DNA from: Gemmatales bacterium
Lineage (GTDB): Bacteria > Planctomycetota > Planctomycetia > Gemmatales > HRBIN36
Assembly: GCA_035430005.1 (NCBI GenBank)
Contig: DAOMFV010000012.1
Location: forward strand, 591 to 64,590
Reading direction: 5' to 3'
DNA length: 64,000 bases
The translations under genes and the position numbers were made by a program. The notes under the pieces are model-generated. The model was given only the letters and a program-made list of their open reading frames with translations. It was not told where the DNA came from and did not search any database. The stretch's first letter is position 1; each line of letters begins with the position of its first letter. Of the stretch, positions 47,030 to 55,273 are shown in pieces.

Positions 47030-49846
47030 ATGTCTGAAGCGAAGCCTGTTCCTTCTGGTCCTGAACGCCGTTGGCGGAAGGAGCAACCTTCGGAGTTCAA
47101 GAGCATCGAGAGGCGCGGACGGATGGCGATCTTGGCCATCGGCGCGGTCGTGCTGGCCGGTATCCTCATCGGAAGTTTATTCATGTGGGGAAGCGCTAAG
47201 CAAACCCATCTCGATTGCTACCCCTATGGCAGATACGACAACGAACTACGGGCACCGGCCCCCTGGTTCTTTCACGACGCAAACCAACTCTATCAGACCT
47301 TTGGCGTTCTGGAGACCAGAAACCCTCTTACTAAGTTGCAGCACGACTTCCTCATCAGTGATCTGAAGAGTCGTAAAGAAGAAACCATCATCATCTATAT
47401 CGCAGGTCGGGGCATTGCGCGGAATAACAAGGTCTACGTACTGCCCAGCGACGCAACGGACGTTGAGTCCAGTTGGATTTCGCTTGCTTCCATTATCGAG
47501 GCAATTACAGAAAGCCCATCAAAACACAAACTGTTGCTGTTAGACATCGCCGGCACTGCGCCCAATCTCTACACCGGGCCATTGCAGGACAGCATCGCCA
47601 ATAAGATTGATGACTATCTCGCCAAAACGTCGCCTCCCCCTTTCCCCATGCTGACCTCTTGCTCTAGAGATGAAACCAGCAACGTCATGGCTGTCACGGG
47701 CAGCAGCGTCTTTGGTCATTACCTGAATCAGGGGCTACAGGGATTAGCGAATGGCTTTGTCGACGGTCATAAAGATCAAGAAATCACCGTCAAGGAACTG
47801 GTGAAGTTTGTCAACACACGAGTCAATCGCTGGACTTGCCTGAACCTGGGACGAACGCAAACCCCCAAGTGTTACGGCCCAGAGGATATTGATTTCCTGG
47901 TAGTCCATCGACATAAAATAGCAAACTGGCTGGAAGAGCTACCCAAGCCTGCTGAAACGCCGGCACCACCCGATGAAAGCAACTTGAAAGACAAGGAGAA
48001 GCAGGAGAATAACGAGAAAAGAGAGAAAGAGCAAAAGGCGAAAGATCAGGAGAAGCTTAGATTCGTCTTCCCGAAAGAACTGGAAGAAGGCTGGAAGGTT
48101 TACGAAGTAGCCAAGAACACGCCTGAGTACGCGCTGCGCCTGGCCACGTTGAATCGTTTTGCGCATCATCTCCGCCAGTACGAGGGAACGGTGATGTTGT
48201 TCAATAACAGCCCGGAGACCGAGCGAACCCTGAACAAGCGATTGCTTACGGATTTGAGTAAACATGTTACCGATGTCACTTCAGACTTATCCAAAATTGA
48301 ACTCCAAACACGCCTGAAACAGCTTCCTAACAGCATCACTGCCCTGTGGCCCCGAAGCTGGCTGCAACTACGAACCAGGGCACCGAGAGAGATTCCCACC
48401 GAACTGGTAGATGGCTTTAACAATCTCTATTCTTCGTGGCCAAGCACTTCTGCAGGCAGCGTAAAAGCTGATCCGACGGAGAGGGAAAAAGCGTTTCTTG
48501 ATCTCGTCAGCGGCAAGAAGGACGAGAAGAACCCAGCTCCCTCTCGCTATGAGGAAGCTCTGTTTCTTTGCTGGGATAAGCTTTGTGCCGAGGATACTCG
48601 CCTCACGCTGGATCTGTTGAAACGCTCAGTGGATCTGATGACGAAGCTTCTTCCCGATGCCGTGCGCAACAAACTTCATGAGCGATGCAACGAACTGGAT
48701 ATGCTCAGATGGATTATCGAACAAAGTGAAGGAGACTCGGAATGGAACTTTTCCGGCAAAGAGTATGAGACAAACAGGGAACTTGGCCAGTATTACTTCG
48801 ACATGATTCACCAATGGCTGATGGCGGAGTATCTGTCTGAGCGATGCGCGAACGGCTATCTGCCAGACGGCGTCGGGTTTGCCAGCCGACAAGCTTCATT
48901 GGAATCAGTTAAGAAGCAGCATCAACGAATAGTCCAACAACTGCTGGAACTCAGAAATAGGAAGAGTTATCGGCCACTCTCCTCAGAAATGGTCGAGTTT
49001 GCCAAGCAATTCAAGTCTTTGTCCGGTGACTACACTAATTGCCTGAAAGACATGGATCAGGAGCGGGCTGCCCTGGATGCCTGGTGGGCCTCCGTGGCGG
49101 TCCTCCAGGCAACCGCAGAAATGATGGTCAGTGAAGATAATTCCGAGCGTTGGCAGTTGTGGGATACGCTGGCGAATAAGACCCTCCTGTTGAAGCGCCT
49201 TCTGAAAGCGACGTCTCTGGATCCATCGGCCCGGACCGACGTTATCAAGGCCCGCGACAAACTGGTTAATTCCTTCAACGACCTGAAGGATAACTTGCTG
49301 AAGAGTGGCAACCAGGAGGGAGTGAAATGGAAATCGTGCCGAGGCATTGAACGAGTGTTGAAATGCGGATTGCTCACCACAGCCGACCGAAGAAAGCTGC
49401 ATGAGTTACTCATGAAGCTACAGGAGGAGATTCACATCAGCACGGTGAATATCGAAATTCGAGATGATAAAGGCACAGAACCGCCCACTAAGCCAGAGGC
49501 ATCGCCTATGAACTCCGCTCTTCAGGCGGATCGACGAGCTGTCATTTCACGGCAATTGTTATTGCTGGGAGGGTCGACCAGGATGGAAAAAGCCAACACG
49601 ACACCCTCGGAAGAGGAGCTGCGAAATGCCTGGACCGAGGAAATGCCCGAGCTCCTTAAGGTCGCCCGCGGCAAAGAGAACTGGCTCGACGCGGCTCGCA
49701 TCGAAGCGGTATTGCCACAAACTAATACAACTGATGCTCTGTTGCAATGGCGACTCAAATCCAGCAAAACGTATTACCTATGGTTGGAAGAGCGACAAAA
49801 GCAGCTGGAAGCCCGGCAATTGCATGTTCCAGACCAACGGAAATAA
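47030..49846 (+). CDS. large single-pass membrane protein: TM + pseudo-caspase module (His->Arg, Cys->Ala) + charged linker + helical region
   Basis: 938-aa ORF starting 20 nt after the previous stop. The caspase-fold pattern is TIIIYIAGRGIARNNKVYVLPSDA, KLLLLDIAGTAP, MLTSCSRDETSNV and SSVFGHYLNQGLQGLA...ITVKELVKFVNTRV...QTPKCYG. Confidence 0.85.
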   Translation: MSEAKPVPSGPERRWRKEQPSEFKSIERRGRMAILAIGAVVLAGILIGSLFMWGSAKQTHLDCYPYGRYDNELRAPAPWFFHDANQLYQTFGVLETRNPLTKLQHDFLISDLKSRKEETIIIYIAGRGIARNNKVYVLPSDATDVESSWISLASIIEAITESPSKHKLLLLDIAGTAPNLYTGPLQDSIANKIDDYLAKTSPPPFPMLTSCSRDETSNVMAVTGSSVFGHYLNQGLQGLANGFVDGHKDQEITVKELVKFVNTRVNRWTCLNLGRTQTPKCYGPEDIDFLVVHRHKIANWLEELPKPAETPAPPDESNLKDKEKQENNEKREKEQKAKDQEKLRFVFPKELEEGWKVYEVAKNTPEYALRLATLNRFAHHLRQYEGTVMLFNNSPETERTLNKRLLTDLSKHVTDVTSDLSKIELQTRLKQLPNSITALWPRSWLQLRTRAPREIPTELVDGFNNLYSSWPSTSAGSVKADPTEREKAFLDLVSGKKDEKNPAPSRYEEALFLCWDKLCAEDTRLTLDLLKRSVDLMTKLLPDAVRNKLHERCNELDMLRWIIEQSEGDSEWNFSGKEYETNRELGQYYFDMIHQWLMAEYLSERCANGYLPDGVGFASRQASLESVKKQHQRIVQQLLELRNRKSYRPLSSEMVEFAKQFKSLSGDYTNCLKDMDQERAALDAWWASVAVLQATAEMMVSEDNSERWQLWDTLANKTLLLKRLLKATSLDPSARTDVIKARDKLVNSFNDLKDNLLKSGNQEGVKWKSCRGIERVLKCGLLTTADRRKLHELLMKLQEEIHISTVNIEIRDDKGTEPPTKPEASPMNSALQADRRAVISRQLLLLGGSTRMEKANTTPSEEELRNAWTEEMPELLKVARGKENWLDAARIEAVLPQTNTTDALLQWRLKSSKTYYLWLEERQKQLEARQLHVPDQRK

Positions 49847-49932
49847 ATTGACACTGGCCGCGTTTGCCGCAAGAATAGCCGGTGTCACCATTCGATTTGC
49901 TCGCTAGGCCAGATTGTTTCAAGGATCACGTT

Positions 49933-51762
49933 ATGTCTTCTCAAGTCAAGGTTCTTATCTCGCTGGCGCTGCTGTTGTGGAGCGGCCCTTCTTTTCTGTC
50001 AGCTCAAGAACGGTTAACGGGGCCGAAATTGGCTTTCGGTACCGACTCGGACGCGGAACGAGCGAGTGCCGAGATGAAGTCTTTTGACCTGCGGCCCAAT
50101 GTCAAATTGCCTTTTTATGTCTTCATCAAGAACTCCGAAATTGATCCAAGGACTATGGTCTTGACTATCACCTGTCTGCAAATGCAGGAACCGACGAAGC
50201 AAGCCGAATCCAAAAAGCTGACTATCGAGGACCTGAAGATTCCGGGCAAAGGTAAAAACGACCTAAAAGATAAGATCCTGGCCGTCCCCTTTCCCAAACT
50301 CGATGACAAGGGAATTAACCTGGGCCTTGCTCAGCAACTGATCTTTAAGCTCGAAGATTCTGAGCGAAGAGTGAAGCTCGATGAAAAAACGATCCAGCTG
50401 AACGTCATGAAAACCGAAGAATATCTTTCGTTCGATCCGTCGCCGGAAATTAACAGTAAAGGGCAACTGGTGGTCAGCGTGAAGCCTACGGCGAAATTCC
50501 GCGGGCCGCCCTGCCAGTTGGAACTTGACTGGTCACGACTGAAGAACCTGGTGCCCGATCAATCCCCCAGCGGCGCCATGAAAGGCGAGGTAGACGATCA
50601 GGAAAACAAGAAAGCCACTCTCTCCATCAATAAATTGCGATTCAACAAGGATAGCAGCGATCATGGCTTCTTCTCCATCAAAGTAGATGACGTGGCGCGA
50701 GCCAGGACCTGGCTGGCTACTGACATGGAATCCACCGCCCGGCTCGATACGCTCCCGGCCAATACGCTCCGCATCGTCACAGAGAAGTATTTCCTGTCGG
50801 ATGCCAAGGACAAGCTCATGGTTTGCTTTGAAGTGGATAACCCGTCAGACCCCGGCAACACTAAACTGGATTTCGGAAGAGATTTATCGGAAACCGGTAA
50901 GTTTGTTGAGTATCATCGTCCCCACTATCGCAACGAAAGTGTTTCCCTACAGACAGATGAGAAAGAGAAAAACGCACTCTTCTTGAAGCCGAACGTCTCT
51001 GATTGGAAGCTGGAGATCTCTTCAGAAGGCCTGGCGGGAACGGCCTTGTTTCGAGCCAGTCTGATTACTCCCAATGATCGTTTTGATAAAGAGACAAAGA
51101 CGATCTTCAGCAAGGCAGTGGCCAAGATCGACCCAATTACCATCCGGGACAGCAAAAACCAGGTCAAAGAGCCGCAGGCGACTTTTCTTCCCGGCGAGAT
51201 GATCAACATCGAGGTGAAGGCACGATGTCCTGAAACTGAGATAACGGAAGTGATGGTGTACGCCGGCGAAGCGGTGCCCGTCCGGGCGGACAACAACAAA
51301 CTCTACGATACCACCAAGCTTATCAGGGCGACATTCAATAATGGAGCCTGGTCAGCTGGCGTGGAAGTGCCCGATAAGAAAGGCAGTTACAAACTGTTCG
51401 CGATCGCCTGGAATGGCGTCGGGCTTCCCTCGACGGAACGACGGGAACTGAAAGTCGTCGACCCGGTACCCGTCACGGATAAGGAGAAATTAGGCAGCAT
51501 CAAGGGAAGGGTAGTCGGCGGGACTGATGAGGTTTCGCAGAAAGAAGTGCCGGTAACCCTCGAAGACAACAATAAGAAGGTTATCAAATCGACGAAGACG
51601 GATGATAAGGGCGCTTTTGAATTCAAGGATGTTCCTGCCGGCAGCTATCTCATTCAGTGCAAACGAGGCACAGGGATAGCAACGGTCAAAGACAAGGTTG
51701 ATGTGACTGTTGAAAACGGCAAAGAAACCATATTGAAGAAGCCTTTGAATCTACACCGATAA
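49933..51762 (+). CDS. secreted beta-rich protein with C-terminal carboxypeptidase-regulatory-like (CarboxypepD_reg) domain
   Basis: Signal peptide MSSQVKVLISLALLLWSGPSFLSAQE, with AAGGAT 6 nt upstream of ATG 49933. The C-terminus GSIKGRVVGG...TKTDDKGAFEFKDVPAGSYLIQC fits the CarboxypepD_reg fold. Confidence 0.8.
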   Translation: MSSQVKVLISLALLLWSGPSFLSAQERLTGPKLAFGTDSDAERASAEMKSFDLRPNVKLPFYVFIKNSEIDPRTMVLTITCLQMQEPTKQAESKKLTIEDLKIPGKGKNDLKDKILAVPFPKLDDKGINLGLAQQLIFKLEDSERRVKLDEKTIQLNVMKTEEYLSFDPSPEINSKGQLVVSVKPTAKFRGPPCQLELDWSRLKNLVPDQSPSGAMKGEVDDQENKKATLSINKLRFNKDSSDHGFFSIKVDDVARARTWLATDMESTARLDTLPANTLRIVTEKYFLSDAKDKLMVCFEVDNPSDPGNTKLDFGRDLSETGKFVEYHRPHYRNESVSLQTDEKEKNALFLKPNVSDWKLEISSEGLAGTALFRASLITPNDRFDKETKTIFSKAVAKIDPITIRDSKNQVKEPQATFLPGEMINIEVKARCPETEITEVMVYAGEAVPVRADNNKLYDTTKLIRATFNNGAWSAGVEVPDKKGSYKLFAIAWNGVGLPSTERRELKVVDPVPVTDKEKLGSIKGRVVGGTDEVSQKEVPVTLEDNNKKVIKSTKTDDKGAFEFKDVPAGSYLIQCKRGTGIATVKDKVDVTVENGKETILKKPLNLHR

Positions 51763-51809
51763 TCGTCGGCGAACTAGTGCCATACTCAAGGAGGTAGTGG
51801 CTCAGATTA

Positions 51810-51897
51810 CTCCTCCCCTTACCAAGGGGAGGTTGGGTGGGGTTAATTACTACGAAGAAATTACCCCCTCCAACTCCCCCTTGGAAAGGGGGAGAGA
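51810..51897. repeat. PAL-B double-hairpin repeat (long form), inverted copy of 5397-5483
   Basis: CTCCTCCCCTTACCAAGGGGAGGTTGGGTGGGG ... TTACCCCCTCCAACTCCCCCTTGGAAAGGGGGAGAGA is the reverse complement of the two ends of the 5397-5483 copy, with a different centre. Confidence 0.85.
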
Positions 51898-52000
51898 ATG
51901 AAACTGACCCACTACCCTCAAGGAAGAAGGTGCGGTTGGGATTGTGTCGAATTTTGCTGGTTGATAGTTCGACAGATCAAAAGTCATCCGGAGTGATACC

Positions 52001-52408
52001 ATGCCGTTCTCTATTCCCTGGTTGTCGGTTATGGCAGCGGCGATCGCCTACTTTGTGCTGGGCGCGCTGTGGTATGGTTACTTCGGCGATGCCTGGCTGA
52101 AAGAACTGCATAAACGTAAAGAACAACTCGATACCAAAGACCCTGCCCCCTATCTGGTAGCGGCTCTGGGGGCCGTGCTGAACGCGACAGCTACCGCTGC
52201 CGTTCTCGGCTGGGTGATGCCTTCTACGCAAACCACGCTTCTGGCAGTGTTCATCACCACGCTCTTTCTGGGTGGAGCTGTAGTGGCTGCCGGCGCGGCC
52301 AAACATTATGCTTTTTCGGGCTGGTCGTGGAGACTTTACGCCATCGATATGGGGCATGATCTGGCAGGCTTCTTCCTCATGAGCCTGATCATCGCACTAC
52401 TGAAGTAG
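52001..52408 (+). CDS. DUF1761-family membrane protein
   Basis: N-terminus WLSVMAAAIAYFVLGALWYGYFGDAWLK, four TM segments, and a length of about 135 aa. Confidence 0.6.
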   Translation: MPFSIPWLSVMAAAIAYFVLGALWYGYFGDAWLKELHKRKEQLDTKDPAPYLVAALGAVLNATATAAVLGWVMPSTQTTLLAVFITTLFLGGAVVAAGAAKHYAFSGWSWRLYAIDMGHDLAGFFLMSLIIALLK

Positions 52409-53519
52409 CGACTTCAGGAATCGCTCCACCCCTGACGGGCCTGCCTTTCCACTGCACGAGAATCATCATCGCCATCCCGGCGGCAAATAACCCGATGCTG
52501 ATTGTCTGCGAGATGGTGAAGTTGCCTACATACTCAGGATTATCCAACCGCAGTTGTTCAATGAGGTAGCGGTTGATGGAGTAGGTCATCATAAGCAGGG
52601 CGATGACCGCCCCTTCTCTGCGTCGCAACGGATAGTATGCCGAAAGCAGCAGGCACAGGATGATTCCATCCAGCGCCATGTAGAGTTGCGTTGGCAACAG
52701 GGGCAGGCTCGGCGGGGGCACAAACGTCAGATTCTTCGTTTCTCCATGGCGTTTGACGGTGATCGTCACTTCTTCGTAAGGTCTGACAGCGATCAATGCC
52801 TGGTTGATGGCATCTCGTGTCAGCGTGGCGTGCCCATTGATCGATTCAACGAGATCGTCTTTTTGCAGTCCAGCCTTCTCAGCCGAAGAACCAAAGTCAA
52901 CAGCAACGATGGTGCAGTCATCCTTGATATCCATGCCCAGTTGCATACCAAATGTTGTCTGCCAGCCTCGCAGCCAGACGACTTCATGATAAGGATTGCT
53001 ATTGGCAGGAAATTGCACAGTCATCGAACTGGGCACATGCGCGGGGTCAGCGACATCGCCATAACAGCAGCCATTGAGGAAGCAGCCTATCCGACCGAAA
53101 GCAATGCCCAAGGCAATGGAAGGCGCCAACCAGTCGGCGATTTGCAGCGTTCGCACCTTGGCCGGCTTTGCTACATAGCGATACGCCAGCAGGTACCCCA
53201 GAAGACCCCCTGGAATCGCACCATAGAGCACCAGGCCCCCTTCCCAGATCTTGACGAACTGCTGAATGCCTTCCCAGAGGTTTATGGGCGGTTTCTGATC
53301 GACAAACATTGAGAGCAACCGAGCACCAATGACACCGCCAACGAAGATATACAGCCCCACGTCCCACGGTATGGTAGAGAAATACCCTTCCCGCTTCGCC
53401 CGTCGTCCCGCGAGCCAAGCCGATGCCACGAAGGCGATGATCAGCATCACGCCGAAGCCAAAGATGGGCATTCTGGCATCGCCGAAGGGCAGGGGGATGT
53501 AGAAGAGGACTTGTCGCAT
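52389..53519 (-). CDS. lgt: prolipoprotein diacylglyceryl transferase with an inserted PDZ-like domain
   Basis: Lgt signature FGRIGCFLNGCCYG and an Lgt-like N-terminus. An extra ~90-aa segment (AVDFGSSAEKAGLQKDDLVESINGH...VTITVKRHGE) looks PDZ-like. The gene overlaps the convergent DUF1761 gene by 20 nt. Confidence 0.85.
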   Translation of the reverse strand: MRQVLFYIPLPFGDARMPIFGFGVMLIIAFVASAWLAGRRAKREGYFSTIPWDVGLYIFVGGVIGARLLSMFVDQKPPINLWEGIQQFVKIWEGGLVLYGAIPGGLLGYLLAYRYVAKPAKVRTLQIADWLAPSIALGIAFGRIGCFLNGCCYGDVADPAHVPSSMTVQFPANSNPYHEVVWLRGWQTTFGMQLGMDIKDDCTIVAVDFGSSAEKAGLQKDDLVESINGHATLTRDAINQALIAVRPYEEVTITVKRHGETKNLTFVPPPSLPLLPTQLYMALDGIILCLLLSAYYPLRRREGAVIALLMMTYSINRYLIEQLRLDNPEYVGNFTISQTISIGLFAAGMAMMILVQWKGRPVRGGAIPEVATSVVR

Positions 53520-53581
53520 GGGGGTATTCTACACAAGAGTCGAAAATCGCACTATGGCAGATGACAATGATTAGAGAGCCA

Positions 53582-55099
53582 TTACCAATCGATTTGCTCC
53601 CAGACAGCCAACAGCTTGGCTCCCTTTGCTCGATTAACCTCTGCCATTGCAGCAATTCTGCCTCGAAGATGTTCAGGAAAATCAGGATGTTGATAACGGT
53701 TCTGGCTGGCACCCCCCTGCTTGTTGCAGTTATGCAGAATCGCTTTCAGTTCGTCATACTCGGCACGGCGGACATTGCACTTTTCGTTGACGACTACGCC
53801 GCACACTTCCTGTCTTTGACTTTGCCGCATGAGATGGGTTTTCTTCAGGTTCAATCGGAAGCCTTCTTGTTCAACGATGGTGTGCATCAATGTCATCATC
53901 GAAAGACGTGTACGCCCTAGTGGACGATCTCCGGAGAGAGTGAGATCATCGGCGTAGCGGGTGTAGTGCCAGCCTTTTTGTTTTGCCAGATAAGCTAGGC
54001 GAAGATCAAGATGATAGGCAGCCAGATTGGCCAATGCCGGTGAAGTGGGCGCGCCCTGGGGCAAGTGACGTTCACGCCAGCATTTCATCTGCAGCCATTG
54101 CTCAGGCTGATGATCGTACCGTGGATGGGTACGCCAAACCTCATCCGGGGTGGCCTTGGTACAGAGCGCAGCCAGGTTGCGAGCTACCGTCCGGGGATAC
54201 CCCATGCGGCGGAAGATGGCCATCACCTTGAACTGATGCACGGAAGGAAAGAAGTCAGCCAGATCGAAGCTAATGACCACTTCCTGCTTCAGATGCTGTT
54301 TGGCATTGGTCACGATCGATCGCCCGGCACGAAAGCCATGGACCGCAGCGTGTGGCGGAGCCTGATCGAGGATGCCATGCAGAATCTTCCGCTGAACGTT
54401 CTTGAGTCTGAGCTTGGGTATCTCCAGCAACCGGACTTTTCCCCGCTTGGAAGGTACCCAGCGGTAGCGGTAGTGATGCCGTGGGCCGAGGGGGAGATGC
54501 TGCTGTATCCCATGAAGATCAGCGAGTCCTTCGAGTTGATGAACCGACAGTCCCAGGTACTCGGCCAAGGCCGATAATGTAGTAATTGCCGGCACAGGCC
54601 ATCGTTCCCAGATTGTCTGCATCTGTGGTGAAGGACTGGGGATCTTCCGAAGTCTGCCTTTTGATTCTCGGTCGGTCAGCCAGGTGATTAATTTAAGTTG
54701 TATCAACTCGCCATAATCCTTGGTCCAATGCCGTCCTGGTGTTCCAATCTTCGGACAACGATAAAGCTGATGCAACAACGACTCTTCATCCATCATTCTG
54801 TTCTGAATGAGTCGATAATACTCGGCCACCGGTTTGGCTAAAGACTTGGGCAGCCCCAGTCGCTTCTTCAGATGTGCAACGAATTCATCAGCCGACCGGG
54901 TCTCCAGCAGCACAATAGCTACCAGCCGAAGCAGACGCCTTTTCAGTTTATATCGATGGTTGATCACTATCGGGCGTCTCACGCATTTCTGCGGTAAGAC
55001 TGTCGAGGTAAAGGAAAAGTGCCTGGCAGCCCAACGAGGCTCGTGATGCGAGGCCAATTCTGTGTGAAGCACAGTCGCGGCCTTGCTCGGAAATGTCAC
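53582..55099 (-). CDS. retron-type reverse transcriptase with N-terminal extension
   Basis: RT motifs are close to Ec86: HYRYRWVPSKRGKVRLLEIPK, NAKQH (NAxxH), ISFDLADFFPSV, LPQGAPTSPALANL, YTRYADDLTLS, VCGVVVNEK (VTG-like) and HLRGRIAAMAEVN. The longest ORF starts at GTG 55099. In-frame GTG 54982 or 54967 are alternative starts downstream of the candidate ncRNA. Confidence 0.85.
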   Translation of the reverse strand: MTFPSKAATVLHTELASHHEPRWAARHFSFTSTVLPQKCVRRPIVINHRYKLKRRLLRLVAIVLLETRSADEFVAHLKKRLGLPKSLAKPVAEYYRLIQNRMMDEESLLHQLYRCPKIGTPGRHWTKDYGELIQLKLITWLTDRESKGRLRKIPSPSPQMQTIWERWPVPAITTLSALAEYLGLSVHQLEGLADLHGIQQHLPLGPRHHYRYRWVPSKRGKVRLLEIPKLRLKNVQRKILHGILDQAPPHAAVHGFRAGRSIVTNAKQHLKQEVVISFDLADFFPSVHQFKVMAIFRRMGYPRTVARNLAALCTKATPDEVWRTHPRYDHQPEQWLQMKCWRERHLPQGAPTSPALANLAAYHLDLRLAYLAKQKGWHYTRYADDLTLSGDRPLGRTRLSMMTLMHTIVEQEGFRLNLKKTHLMRQSQRQEVCGVVVNEKCNVRRAEYDELKAILHNCNKQGGASQNRYQHPDFPEHLRGRIAAMAEVNRAKGAKLLAVWEQIDW

Positions 55100-55182
55100 A
55101 GGCAGGATATCCCCGGGGTAACCCCGGAGTGCTCATCACTCTGTTTCCAAAGTAACAAACTGCTTGAGCTGCCAGGCACTTT
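55016..55182 (-). ncRNA. candidate retron msr/msd non-coding RNA (a1/a2 inverted repeats)
   Basis: On the RT strand, AAAGUGCCUGGCAGCUCAA (55182->55164) pairs with UUGGGCUGCCAGGCACUUU (55034->55016). That is 19 bp, of which 15 are contiguous perfect and one is a G-U pair. The first unpaired base after a1 is G (55163) in an A-G-C context. Internal hairpins are GAGUG/CACUC, CUCCGGGG/CCCCGGGG and CUGUG/CACAG. Confidence 0.4.
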
Positions 55183-55204
55183 GGCATCATAACACTCTTT
55201 CGCA

Positions 55205-55243
55205 CGATGAAAACGACAAAACGGGGAACCATGGTCCCCGTTT
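55205..55243 (-). terminator. Rho-independent terminator of tsf
   Basis: On the minus strand, AAACGGGGA pairs with TCCCCGTTT around a 7-nt loop, followed by TTGTCGTTTTC. It begins 31 nt after the tsf stop. Confidence 0.75.
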
Positions 55244-55273
55244 ATCGCTTGTCATTATTTAGGATGCAAATGA

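Noticed and set aside
5397-51897. The inverted PAL-B long copies as boundaries of a 46-kb mobile island
   Set aside because: The interval contains core housekeeping genes (prfB, tkt, lpxD, lpxI, comEC). The same repeat family is scattered throughout the window. No integrase or transposase is present.
53047-53712. 221-aa minus-strand ORF bridging the lgt start and the RT 3' end
   Set aside because: It is out of frame with both real genes and overlaps them on the same strand. Its sequence is Arg/Cys/Trp-rich nonsense.
53582-55099. RT as a group II intron maturase or a diversity-generating retroelement RT
   Set aside because: There is no maturase X or endonuclease domain and no intron-like RNA domains flank it. 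I saw no template/variable repeat pair or Avd-like gene nearby. The motifs NAxxH, VTG-like and YTRYADDLTLS point to retrons.
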